Made by a program: the position numbers and the translations under genes. A DNA stretch of 64,000 nt from Tubiluchus corallicola (lineage: Eukaryota; Animalia; Priapulida), in the NCBI GenBank assembly GCA_030141605.1, contig JAQGDQ010000241.1:277706-341705 (forward strand). The letters are read 5' to 3'. Every line of letters starts with the position of its first letter. The stretch's first letter is position 1. Positions 14,301-28,500 of this stretch are shown piece by piece. The notes beneath the pieces are model-generated. The model searched no databases. It was not told the DNA's origin and was given only the letters and a program-made list of their open reading frames with translations.

Positions 14301-17300
14301 GCGAGGGCGCAGACTACAGGTATGGTTACGGGGTCTGCTATGCCCTTCAGCCAGATCTCGATTATTGGGAAGAATATTCCGGATGTTATGGCAGGGAAAC
14401 TTCAAAAGGTCATGAACAATATGGCTACTGTCAGTTTGGCACTGATGTTGAACTTGCCAGTGTAAGTGATATTTGGTACCATATGTGCTTTGATTTGGAG
14501 TTCTTATACATAATAATATTGATTTCTAATAAATAATATGAGAAAGAAAAACAATTTTAAAACATGTCCCAAAAAACTTTCCACACAAAGTTATATTTCT
14601 TTGCATTACGCTTACATGCTTGAAAGACTTACATAACTAGAAAAGAAAATAGTAATTTAAACTGCTCGCGCCATCTGGTAAAATGTCTCTGACTTACCTT
14701 CCCAGTGTGCACCACTGACTCACCAAAAACTTATTTTAAATCTTATTGACAAGATGTAGTAATTTATACTTTTGCTTAGTTAGTGAAATAGGTGCTATAA
14801 ATGCTCTGATTATTTTTTCAAACTTTACGCTATATTATGGAAACTTATTCCAAATGACTTCTATGGAAACTTCAAAATGACTGTGCCTAAAAGGTCGTCA
14901 TGGATGTTTAAATTTACAAGTTTTATACAGCTTGCTAATGCCGATGCAAGCCCTGTATGCATGTAAGTGATATAAAATTTCAAGACGAATTTTTTAAGCT
15001 GTGTTTATGAAGAGTGTTTTCTTGTACTTTAAAGTGAGGCGATCTTACCTTGGTATTTATCAGTGATGTGATTATTAGTGAGTCTATAGGCTTTCTTAGC
15101 TTTAAGAAAGGATTTCTTTTTTCAAGAAATTCTAAATTCTGCATTTCGAGGGAAATAACAATGACGGCTTTTCTCCCATTAAAATTTGATTTCCAGCAAC
15201 TGAAAACAACGCATTCTTATTTGAGTTTCTTGTTTTAAATCAACCATTTTCTTGATCTAGGATAATTCCATTGTTTTTGGAGCACCCGGTGCATATACTT
15301 GGACGGGCACAGCTTTTCTAAACACTTTGGGTCTCGGGATAAGAGACGACATAAAATGGTATCAAACTCCATTGGAAGAAGAAGGCACTGCACCAGTAGA
15401 ACCCTACAGCATGTTAGGTAAAATAATGATGATAATAAAGATGATGATCATTTTGTGATAATATTTACAGTGACTATAGTAATAGGGCTGATGTTGGTAC
15501 CTGCTGCATATTGTAACAGCAATGGGTCAAATACAATTTATTAATCCACTATGACAGACAAATGAATGTCGCAGTTTTAAAAAATAGTACAGTGGATCTT
15601 TACACTTATTCATTCATTTAAGTTATATAAATACACTTTTGTGAGGTTTTCAGTAGGAGTACAGATAGTTTGGACTCATCCTCTACTTCTACATTGCTAT
15701 ATGTACTTGTGTTGTGTTTTTTCTTTGTAGGCTATTCAGTGACGTCAGGTCGACTGATCGGTAAAAGCAAGAAAATGGCTTACGTTAGCGGTGCTCCAAA
15801 AGCAAACGGAGATTCGGGTAAAGTGGTCGTGTTCACAAAGCAAAATAGTGCCGCAAAGAATGGACTATTAACAGTGATAGCCAGTTTTGCCGGTGAAGAA
15901 AAGATGGCTTATTTTGGTCATTCATCTACAGTGATAGATCTAAACAATGATGGGTAGGCATACCTGAAATATAGAGTAAATCGTGTGAACAATCTCTTTT
16001 GCGATTATTTCACAAATGCTTTCAATTAAGTTCTGTTCGGTTACTAGTAGCAAAACGAGTACAGGTCATCATCGACATATGACCACAGTCAGTTCCGGCT
16101 GATTGGTCTTAAAACGACTTGACGCAAAGCAGTTCCGTATTATGAAATGGTGTGCCCCTACATGTTGCGGATGTTTGCTCGTGCTGGGTATGGAGGTGCC
16201 TACAGATGAATTTGTCACAACCGACGGCGATTTAAGATTAATCGGCTTAAAAAACTAGAATTAATTAGTTTTGTATAAGTAATTAATTATAGTGTGGGTG
16301 AGTCGTAAAGTTGAAAGATCATAAGTTGCATAGGTCGTAAGTCGACGACTACCTGTAGCAATGTCACACTCACCCTGCACACATTTAATTATCTAAACAG
16401 TCATGTTTATGTCTATGTTACAAGTAATGAATGGACAAACTGTACGGATCTAAAATGATAAAATTCGCAGCAAACATCTACATGCCAGATATAACCTACA
16501 TGTATATGTTTATGTGCCAGATATAAGATATTTGACAAAAAGTTTTTTTGGCTTTAATATAAGTAACAGCAATTTTAAAAAACATAGATAATGAAAAGGG
16601 TTATTTCATTAAAATGCAATTCCAGAATGCAATAGGCAACATTTTACGTGTTTTCCCTTCCACTTAGAGGCAAACTTGCATAGATTCGTGTTGAAATCCT
16701 GGCATTCGATTGTCAAAGACTGCATTCTCATGTTGGTATCCGTATGCAGGTCAGTCTTAACCAATGTGTCTTTATAATTATTATGACTTTTGGATAAAAA
16801 CATGTGCATATGCAAATCAGACAATTATGTGTTTGATATTTACTTAAGTTTCCGTATATTTTTTTCAGTTATTTGGATTTGATTGTCGGCGCTCCATATT
16901 ATCGTTCGGAATCGGGGGACAAAGGAGGAGCCATTTACATATATATGAACGGTCCCGAGGTATCTAAAAGTTTACAGTGTTTAGTATTATTTTTCAGTTT
17001 TAGGAAACAATGAAATGTAATCTTTGTACCAATTCAATTAGAAGACCTTGAAAGAACGGTCTCATATTTCTCACGGAATGTAGGAATAAGTAGTTACGTC
17101 ATCCATTTAAGAAGCCTCATCATGGTAGCTAGCCTGCCATTCGACTGATTTCCTCCTCTGGTTTACGTCTTGGTTTTCGTTTAAGGCCATGTAGACCTAA
17201 CAAATTTGCAAAAAAAAACGGTGCAAATAGTAAAGGCTTGGAAAACCGCGACTTGATTTGGATTTGAACCAAGAACCTCTGTGTCAGCAGCCAGGTGTTG

Positions 17301-19563
17301 TAAGTGCTAACACCTAGTTCAGTTAAGCCAGTTATATTTTCAGTGATTTACTACTATTATTGTGCTATTTACTACTATTTTCCTATTTTTACTGCTGTTA
17401 CTAATTTTCTGAATGTATGTTTGTGCTTGCTGATTTCAGACACCATTTCAATCAGTCAACTCGTCTCTAGGACCAATAAAAATTACTTCGTCTGTCCAGT
17501 TTGCTCAGTTTGGATTTGCAGTAAGAAATATTGGCGATATAAATCACGATGGCTTTATGGGTTTGTAATTTTTGTGTTTTTGTGGTATAAAATGAATGGA
17601 ATTTAATGTTATTAATTCAGAGGCCTTATCTAACCGATAACAACAGTGAATTTGTAGTAAGTTTTCTTGTTTCTTGGCTGTCGGCACTTACACTATGTTA
17701 TGCAACAACATTCATAGGCACGTAGTCATGAGAGCTTTCGTATTTAAGATGGATTTGTTTTTTATAATTTGTGTTTCTTAAAGTTTGGCAATAGCTGCTT
17801 TAAAATGTCTGTTTAAAACTCTCTTTAAAACTAAACTAATACAAAGTTCATGATGCCTGTTATCTTTTTCGTGTTATATAGATTTGGCTGTTGGTGCTCC
17901 CGGAGAAAATGGCGGTACTGTATATATTTTCAGTGGCTCGAAGAATGGTGTTATCCGCAAACCCATGCAGGTATCTCACTTGAATCTAAATCAGAATGAC
18001 TCAAATTCGAATAGCTTTATTTCTTTTCTTACTAGTTTTGTAGTTTATATTGTAAATCTATGATTTCTTTACTTCCGAGATGCAGGACAGCTGCGTATAA
18101 ATCCAATGTTTCCCCGGGCTTCTTATCTGTATAATTCTACCAGAAAATTGTTTCCTTGAAAACTGCAAGATCACTTGATTCAAGAAGAACATCATCAAAT
18201 ACCTCTCACTACAAACAAATTAGTTATATGGCATTTCAGTTTCTCTGGACGTGTGTTCACTTTGCACATTTCTAATGTGGCTACTTACCTTGAGTAGCCA
18301 TTGGAATTGTGTGGGGTGATTTATATAAATGAAAAAACTTTGGCTAAGTGACACCTCTAATATTAATAGCAAGTTGCTAAAATTTGCACTCAACATACTA
18401 TAACAATCGTCATTTAAATTGTTCTTTGACGGTCTACAAAACTGTTTTTGGCTGGTTTTCAACTGTATTGTAAGGCCAGGAGCTTATATGACATTGTTAT
18501 ACTTTGCATTCATCACAGATGACAATGTGCAATCCAGGTAGAATGGGAAACCTGATCAGTGGCTTCGTCTGTTATATCAGCAGAGAAGTGTAACATGCAA
18601 AGTCTTTCTAATATTTTATGTGTTGGTGTAATGTTTTATACAGTGTGCAAATAAATTTTCTTTACTTTAAGATATTAAAGAACTTCTAAACATTCTAATT
18701 TTTCATGGTTTTTTCTTTTGCTTTTAGGTTGTAAAATCAAAAGAGTTGCCTGGTGGTCCTTACAAGTCGTTCGGTTATTCCATTTCTGGCACAATGGACA
18801 TGGATGGGAATGGCTATCCTGATGTGGCCGTCGGAGCTTATGAAAGTGGAAAGACTGTTCTGCTTATGTAAGCAGCAGATTTTATTTCCTTCTTTTACAC
18901 AAAACGTTTTAGACGACTTGTATAATTATTTTATGAGCAGTATGCTACAGCAAGAAGAAATGAAAACATGTAGCAAACTGAACGTACGTTAAAAATTCTT
19001 AATGGTCAGGAAGTAGACCACTGAGTTTGATTTTTTGCATTAAATTGTTTAGGCAAGCTTCAGCTTTGTCACAAAATCATATGAGCAATATGTATGAATT
19101 AGTCATACGTTTAGATGTTAAGCTTACTTTTTTATCACAACTTTTTTGGGATGCCTTGGTGTTTATAATTATAATTGACAATAGTCAATTTGAGTATTGT
19201 CAATTACTTTCAATCACTTATTAGTTGTTTTAACTCTCAACGCAAAAACCATTTTGAACTTGAGAAAATTCAGAAAAATAGAGACATGGTTGTGCTAAAA
19301 GCAAGCAATTTTTCACTACCTTTGCACAGCAACTTAGCATGCTGAGCACTTATGAAAGTTTCTCATAAGCATGAACACTCAGTGTTCCTGTACACCTGCT
19401 TGCTTATAGAATAGCCCGAAAACCAGTTATAATCAATTATCAAATTGGTTTCGTGTACCATTATTTGATAATGGAAATGCAACCAATGTCGCACTACTAG
19501 TAAGATTCATTTGGAATTGCCCGTTCTGGTATTCACTTCATTTAGTTGAAAATGGTATAACCC

Positions 19564-19597
<34 letters not shown>

Positions 19598-22500
19598 GTG
19601 TGTGCGTGTGTAGTCCTTGTTCACTGATTTTCATTTTTAAATTAATTTTGACTTCATCTTTTCTTTTAATATTAATACCTTATTGACAGGGCACGACCTG
19701 TTATCGACATTGACACTGACATCAAAGTGAGTCCCACCATTATAAATCCATGGATTCCGGATTGTCCGGACAAGTCTGGGTATGCCTGGTAAGTACTAAT
19801 GGCACATTCTGACTAAAAGTTTTCTGTCACAAATTTTTTTTCTGACTGCAAAGTCACAAGTATGAATTGCTTTGCGAGTTATTGTTGGCAAGTTATTGCA
19901 AATTCTCCAACAGTTACTTCGAGTTAATTTACTGCGAGCTACGGTCTATTGTGAACTCCTCAGTGAGTTACTCCCAACACTTCTCATAGTGAACAGAGAA
20001 CTGAGTGTCAGTTCGTGCTTACTATCAGAGAGTAACTCGCAGCAAGTTTTACTCTGTAGTCTAGACATGCTTGCGAGTTACTTGGTGAGCTTACTTAGAG
20101 AGAAAACTCACTAGTCTGAACACGCAATCCTGGTATATTTTTAATAAGTAGAGTTGAGCAAGTTATAGCCTTGGTAAATAATGGATAGGTGATCAATTGA
20201 AAATTATTTCTGGGTGGTTTCAGCTGCCCCAGCTAACTGTTTTGTTCAAGAAGGATGGATGTCCCTACTGATATGGCTAAGACATTTTTGCTAGCTGAAT
20301 GTTCCGCCTTAATACCATACACTTGATTAAAGCCAGGTAAAAATTCTGATTTTCAGTTTTCAGGTTATACCTTGCTTCAAGTTTACAGCTCATCCGGTTG
20401 ACAAGTTTTTGTCTCGCATTCTGATTGAGTACACGATACTGGGTGATGTGGGAAACAAAGAACCTATCCTGAAACGTGTCTTTTTCAAGTCAATGTCAGC
20501 TCAAGATGGTATGTATGATTGTGAAAAATTTTTGTTAATTGCTTATTTGTCATTGAACATGGATATGAAGGCACAAAAGGTTACTTTCTTATATTTACTA
20601 TGTGACATGTTTCGTTGTTGTTCTTTTTTTGTTTTTGCTAATCTGTCCATTTATGTACTAGCAAATTCAACTGCATGTACATGTCAATATATATGTTTGA
20701 ATAAATAATAATAATATAACTTATTTAAACTTAAAATATTTACTTATTTCTTCATTTTAGGTCAATCTGCCTGGAAGATTGTCAAGAGACTTGTGTTGGT
20801 GCAACAAGCTCGTCAGAGATTTGCTTGTGGTCCTCGTGAAACTGTTTATGTTAAGGTATTTTTGTTTGACTTATATAATTTTGGATTTCATTTTGATCTT
20901 GGTTTAATATAAACAGATTTATGATCGGGGAAATGAAACTTATCAGATACTGATAACACCACAGTGTTTTGGCAGGTGATGTAGTTTTGCCCTATTAAAA
21001 AATAGAATTTTAAAGTATGTTTCAAAAAAATTTCCTTACAAAGTTACGTTACTTAGTACTTTGCTTACCAGTTTGAAAATACTGGGAAAGAAAATTAATT
21101 ATTTAAAACGTTCATGCCAACTGGTCAAACATTACTCTTTCACCATCTCACTGTGAACCACTGGCTTACCAACAATGCATTATCGCAATGTTATCTGTAC
21201 TGAACTCGCTTCCATTTCTTACTCAACGATTGATCGAGTTAAAATTGTGCACCTAACCATCAATGCAAGAGTTTAAATTTACAAGTTGTATGCCAAGATA
21301 TTGCTAATTCAAGTTCTACATGCTGTAAAACAGCATGTAAGTGATACAAAATTTAAACAGTTTTTTAAGTATATTTTTGAATTCCGTTTTTCTTGTTCAT
21401 TGAGATTACTTTATTTTGCATAATTTAGCAGTTTCTTATCATTATGTGTGCTTGCTTGCATTTATTTCCTACATTTGTATTTATAGGCAAATCCAGCAAT
21501 GGACATTTTAAATCCCATTGAATTCAAAATCAAAAGTAAGCTGGTGGACAGAGATCCTGCACCTTTGCGACCAGGTGACCGACTGCCAAATATCGACAGT
21601 TTTCCGATCGTCAGCGAGCTAACGGGAGTGGAGAAATTCCAGGTGGATTTCTTTAAGGAGTGTGGATCTGACGATGTCTGCCATAGTGACCTCCAAGTTG
21701 AGACAAGTTGGAACGTAAACGAGTAAGTAGAGTAATGAGTGAGTAAATGGAGTAATGAATGAGTAAGTGGAGTAATGAACATGTAAGTGGAGTTATTAAT
21801 GAGTAAATGGAGTAATGGATGAGTAAGTGGAGTAATTAGAAAAGCTAACTGCTTAGTGCTGTGGACTTCATACATAATGGCTTGGCGACCAGAGTGACTC
21901 AGTGATTTAGCATCTCTGTGTTTAATGAAAAAATGTTTACACTAGAAGTTAACAGACGACACAACAGCCAGGTTTGCTGTTGTCAAAACATTGCGAAAAG
22001 TTCAGATCAGCATATGTGAAATGATTAATATATCATATATATAATGATCCAGTATGTTGGTACTTTCATATATAATATCATGTATTACTTTTAGTTAAAA
22101 GCTGGCTGTTTCTTTTACACATGTCTACATTCTAAAAGATTTTGCACTGATGTGCTGCTTATTAGTCATTAGTGCTATAAAAGGTAAACAGCAGTAATTT
22201 GTTTTTTCAGCACTTTCTTATATAATATCTGTTATTTTGTTTAGTAAAAAGCTTGACTTTTGTCATTTAAGAACTAACCTAAATCATTTTTGGTCACTTT
22301 CCAGGAGTGATGGGGAAGCCAAGTTTGTTCTGGGCGATGAATCCGAATTGGTTTTGACAATCACAATTACTAACACAGGAGAACCTGCTTATGAGGCAGA
22401 ATTAGAAGTCTTTTTACCAGAATTTGTAGATTCATTTACACCAGAGGTTTGTCTGACTGGTGGATTCTTTTACACTTTATAATAGTTACGTTTGCAACAG

Positions 22501-25500
22501 TACAACTGTTACCAGAGTAAACTGTCATTTTGCTATTTGAAGGAAACAATTAAGACAACTAGGTAGCAAAAGTTAAAATGCTAGAAATAATTTTGCCAAT
22601 TTCAGATAAAAAAGGATATATAGTATACATATCGTACTTGTGCAGACTTATCAGTGTTCTCTGTAGACACAAAAGTGGTCAGTGTGTGTGCTAGTTACCA
22701 AAGTTGAGTATCTGTTTAGTATCTCATCTGAAACCACCTATTAGCGATTCTTTAAGCAGGCACCTATCCATTTATTAACCAGGCCAAGCAAGTATTGCTC
22801 AACTTTGGTTGCTAAGTTCATGTTGTGGTCTCTCATTTATTCCCCTAGCTGCTGTTCTATTGATTATCTTTGATAAATAGTTAGATTTGTTCCTGCCATA
22901 ACCATCAACATTACAAATACTCTTGATCATTGAATACTGGTCCTGTGTTGTGCAAAACTGGATAAAAAAATCTATTGATCAGTCAGAATGCTGTTTGTGT
23001 AAACGATGTTAACTGTGAACAGTCTTATTAAGTAAATTAACTGTGAGTTTTGTAACACACTTTGCCATTTTTAGACTTCGTCAGGAGTGTTTTATTCACC
23101 GGCACCAGAAAATAGCAGTTCCATAAATTTCCAAATAGGAAACCCACTTTTATCTTATGGCAAGGTAAGCACAAAGAAGTTTTCTATGAAATAGGAAATA
23201 CAACTTACTGCAAAAATTTAGTCTTATTTTACATTTTTTCCATTAATTCAAGTCAGCTTTTATTTATTTATATCTTTTTGTACACTGTTGAGAACAATTG
23301 CTGTACAATGAGTGTACATTTTATAAAGAGTTACTGAAGATGATAAAGGATAGTGAAAAGACTGCAGTTGTCAACTAGTACAATTTACAGCGTATCGCTA
23401 TATACACATCTTCCATTTACAATGTTACAAATTTCTTTTTTATATTATATTTCTGTAATTGCACACGTGGAACGAAAGTGTTTTTCACAAATTTGAAATT
23501 GGTAATAGTGTGTTTGTGTTTTCATTTTTTGACACATCTGTAGGCAGAAGTAAAGATAAAGGTGGACACCAGCACAATACCAGCAACTGCCAAGGAATTC
23601 AATGTTGACATTATCGCCACAACAGCAAGTGAAGAGCTAACGCCCGAAAATAACAATGTGACTCTACAAGCCCGAATTATCTTGCGGGCTGAAGTTGACA
23701 TCATAGGGTAAGTTCTGTGATCTGTGAATTATTGTTTTTAAGACTGTGTCGAGTATCCTTGTTATGAGCTCCTACTTTGTTGCTGAGTGTGGATCTGCCA
23801 CACATGGACATTGTTGCTGGTGGCATCTAGAACAATCACGTAATTTCTCGAAACTTCCAAATACCTGTACCCGTAATACTGGAATCTTCTGCAATAATCT
23901 GTGGACCATAAGGTATTTCTATAATGTTCTGGAACTTTCTGTAGTTAAATGAAATAGACTGCCTGCAGGGATGATGGGTGCAGATATTAGTGCGGTGCAT
24001 ATTGATAAGCTGGCAGGTGTAAAGTATTTTTATTGTGTGAACTTTGTGCCTTTTTGTGACTATGTGCCGAAAACGTTGCCATTGAGTTACGCCGCCCAAT
24101 GTATTTTGATAATTATATTGATTACTGCTTGCTGTATTAGTTTTATCTGTGGTGTTAAAGACCTTAGTGTTCTGTACTGAAATTAATTTCAACCAGTGTA
24201 AGGGGTTTTGGTGCAAGCAGTTTTATAAAATTATTTCAATATTTATTGTTTTTGTTAGTAGTTATTTAAAAACCATCTTTTATTTGTTGATTTCATTCAC
24301 CAAACGGGATCTACTTTATTCTGGCCCCGCATTTGAACTCGTAACAATTTTAATACAAATGCTTAGAATGTCCTGTGTTTCATACAACACGTGCAGTTTT
24401 ACTGCCATTTTCCATCTATTTTTGCATTACAGGTACACAACACCCAAAGATCAAGTTCTGTTTAGTGGTGAAGTCGTCGGTGCTACAGCAATGTCAAAGG
24501 AAGAGGACATTGGAAGCCCATTGCAGCATGTTTTTCATGTAAGGGAAAGAAGCAAATCTGTCATTTAATCGACTTACATGCTGCTTAGTAAATACATTCG
24601 AACATTAAGAAATGCCTGTTTTCTTGTAGAAATGCCTTTGTTGATTCACTGCCCAGCAAACCCACGTTTTCACATCACAACATTTTAAAAATATTGTGAA
24701 AAATGGCTGCAATGTAGGGACTCGGTATTTTTGGTGATTTTATGAAATGATGTTAAAATACTTATTAGAAGTTAAAATGGTACACATATTTCGGATCATA
24801 AATTAGTCACCTTATAGATCATATCACAAAACAGTTTTGAAATTTCTGGAAATTTTGTGAAAATGTCTATGGTGGATGTTGCGTAAGTTCTCTGATAATA
24901 CTATACCTGTTGGACCTGCTACTTGTAAGTGGTCTGGATGCTTTTTTTGTAGACATTGCACAATTAAATGTGTAAAATTACTTGTTCAAAATGTCTGGAA
25001 AAATTTTTAGTCATAACAAATATGGTGACACACTTTACAGTATTTCATTATGTTTATTAAAATTTTATCATAAACATTGTCACTTAAAAACAGTATTTTC
25101 TGTTTTGCAACAGGTAACGAATCATGGGCCAGGCCGAGTTGGTAAATCACAAGTGAAGGTTTGGTGGCCATTCGAAGTTGAAGGTGGTCGTGAGCGTGGA
25201 AAGTACCTGCTGTACATGATTACCATTCCTGAGGTATGCAAAAGCTGCAATGCCAAAAAATGAAAATTTTGTTTTACAGGAAAATTTCTGATGGACCTTT
25301 GTCAAAACACAGAGAGTTCATAATTTCCCATGCTAAATTTTTATGATAGTGCACCTGTTGACAATGATGAGGATGATGATGATGGCGATGATAACCACAA
25401 TGACAGTGGTAGCAGTTGTGATGGTAATGGTCGCGATTATCATCCCGTGATGATTATAACGATGATCGCATGATGATGATGACTATGATGTTGACGATCA

Positions 25501-28500
25501 TGATAGTGATGATAGTGATGATAGTGATGATGATAACTGATGGTGATGACGATGATGATGTTGACAACAGAGTTGCAATTAAACCCTATACAAATCCTTT
25601 TCTCAAATACTTGGCAAAATAATCAGCACTTCAACTGGAATTTAACCCGTAAAGTGTCTAAGGAGCATTTGCTAATTTTTCTGTTATATGTGCTACATTG
25701 TGTATTGTTCTTGCAGCTTCATGGTCCCGGGGAGTGCCTTATCGATCCAAAATACGTCAACCCACTTTTACTACAGGTAAGCAAAAAACTGTAATTTCTA
25801 CTGCACTGCATGTTGTAGCGTATAGTTGCTCTTCTGCTTGCTATCTGTCATTCAGTGTTTAGTCTAGTTTGTGCAAAGACAACCCATTGTAAGTGGTAAG
25901 ACAGAGGCAAATGCTCACATGACCTTTTTGTTAATAGAAACACCTTTAAGGCTTTTTCTGCTATTGAAATGCTATTTATTTAAATGACTTAAAACATTAC
26001 CTGGCATTAAATATTTTGTGTATTTTGCAAATAAAAAATTCTCGCAGCTAGATAATGTGGAAAGAGCAAACTGCCTGTGTCTTGCCCTTTTTGCATGCTT
26101 CACTGCAGAAAGTGCCAGCTTGATCTAGATTTGAATAATGTCGTATACTGACATCTGTTGGATTCACTTGCACATTACAATCACTCCTGATCTTTAATTT
26201 TTTGTTGTTTCTAATGTCTCTAGTCAGTACTGAAACTTGTTTTTTTGGTTTTAAAATTTCTATGTGCCACTTCGATTTATTTTAGCACTCATAATTATGT
26301 TCCGTGTTCAAGTAGCTTTACCACACACACACACACATGTAGAAATGTTGTTTTTTTGGGTGGTAACTGTGTTAGTCGTTCATGCTATAATCGCTCTTTT
26401 TCTTTCTATCTTTGTATCCAGTCTGCTGGGTTTTTGCTGACCGAGTGCCTAACAATTCAGTGTCATTATTATTTTATACAAGTAAATTGTTTATTGCTAT
26501 TATTATCATATCTTTATGAGTAAATTCATTTATATTTTACACTTTCAGTGTGAATTCATTTTTTTCGTGTGGTTCTTAAATGCTGGAGAGGGTCATTTAG
26601 GATAGCAGCCTGTTTAAATGCTCACACGTGTCTTTTCATCTGGAATCTCATTTTGATGGGGAAATTGGGAAGGTGAAGGGAAACTCTGAGCTCCAGACAG
26701 TTGCTTATCCTACATTTGGCTACTTCATTTCCAGCATTTAAGAATGATTAAGTGTTGCAGACATATTTATGTAAGAGAATCCATTTTATTGCCCAACTTA
26801 ACGTATCCAGCGAGTGATTCTGTAATTAGTGCAATAGTCAAAAACGACTGGTGATGTGTGCCATTTTGAAAACAAGTGAGAAATATTAAATTTATGTCGA
26901 CTATTTCTCGCTTTTCATAAAATGCTGCATCAGCCATTTGAAATCTACAGATGCTTCAGATAGAAAACTTCTCTTTGGCTGTTTAGTATGAATATCAAGA
27001 CTATTCTAAGCGCCTAATCTTTCTTTAGGTTCTTGCTGGCCTTCATCATGTATTCTTTACTCATTGGCTGTCTCTGCTGTTATTATTAACAATTTTACAA
27101 CAGTATCATGCATTTTCAATGAGCCACAAGTATTGTTATCCGAATCCCGATTCCGGCCCAGACAAAATCCAACAAGCATTGACTAAAAAAGAAAAAAGAC
27201 AAAAATATTTTTGATTTTCTCTGTTTTTTTTGCTATTTTAAATGTCTTAACTTTCGCAGATGTCAGATTATTTGCTTGCTAATTTCAAAACTAATCCCAT
27301 TTATTTATGTACCTGTTTATTTTTTGCATTTTCAACTGAGTCATTTGCAACACAATGTTACAGATGAAAATTTTAATGCCCAATGAAAACAGAGCAAAAA
27401 ATGCATGATTTTGTTGTTTTTCCTCTGGCCCGTGTGCTGTGTATTTAACAACGGATGACTGTACGTTCATAGGAAAATCTTGTTATGAGTGTCAGCTATC
27501 GGCAGCATGTCACGGGCCACCTGGGCAGCACGGACAAACAGGTACTGTTTGATTATATGTGTCACCTAGCTTGTTAAATTGCGAAAAGCATTGTACGTTA
27601 TCATTATTATGTATAAGATGTGTATATACGTTTTTTGTTCCCTTTTCCTATCACAAATTATGTGTTAATAAGCTTAATGATGAAGTTTCCTTTTGTCAAT
27701 CTTTAACTTACATTAACCAAAACAAAGTTTTTTTGGAAACAGTAAAATATTTTGTTTCATTCAAACGTTAATATTTGCCTTTGCTTCATTCAAAGGTTAA
27801 TGTTTAGCATTTGCGAAAAAGCCTAGTATTTTCTTACTTGTACTTTTCCTATTTTTGCCTTGGATAAAAGTGGTAGTGTTGATCTTGTCTGATGTCTGTA
27901 AAAGATATTTTTGGCAAAGTTTTGAAATTTACATACTTGCCCTTTGCCCTGCTTTTCCTGCATTAACAAATAACAAACAAAATGCTTTAGTTGCATGTAT
28001 TATAATCATGTGCAGATAAAACCATAGATTTTATTATTGTTACAGGCAGTGGTGGCTCGTGTATAGGTACTATGGAACTGTAGCAACCCCTATTTTCACT
28101 CAATATTATCCAATAATATTCAATATAATGTCTTTTTTCTTTAGTTCTTTCTCTATACTTGTACGGTCTAGAACTGGTAGTACTATTTGCTTCACTGCTC
28201 AGCACAATGCACTCATAGCTCAAGTAACATGGTGTCTGGCTGTTGTGCGCATGCGGCCATGTGCATATGTCTGTGATAAGACGCTGCACTTTAGGTAGAA
28301 AAATACTGCCGCTGACCCAGTCTGTTGTCAGTGGTCAGATGCTTAAAAGCCGTGTACCAGCCCTTTCTTGAACTGCAACAATATAGGTTATTTGTAAGCA
28401 AACAAAATTTTTTGTTTAGGGTTTTATCAAGTTTATGTATAAATTTTCATACCTTTGTTTTTTAAAATTACAATATCATATTACAACATTAAAATTACAT

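Noticed and set aside
14462-15730. Search for alpha6/alpha7-style mutually exclusive X1/X2 exons
   Set aside because: Only one suitable exon (15261-15417) is visible.
21721-21840. CRISPR-like appearance of short periodic repeats
   Set aside because: No unique spacers, no cas genes and a eukaryotic intronic context; it is a minisatellite.
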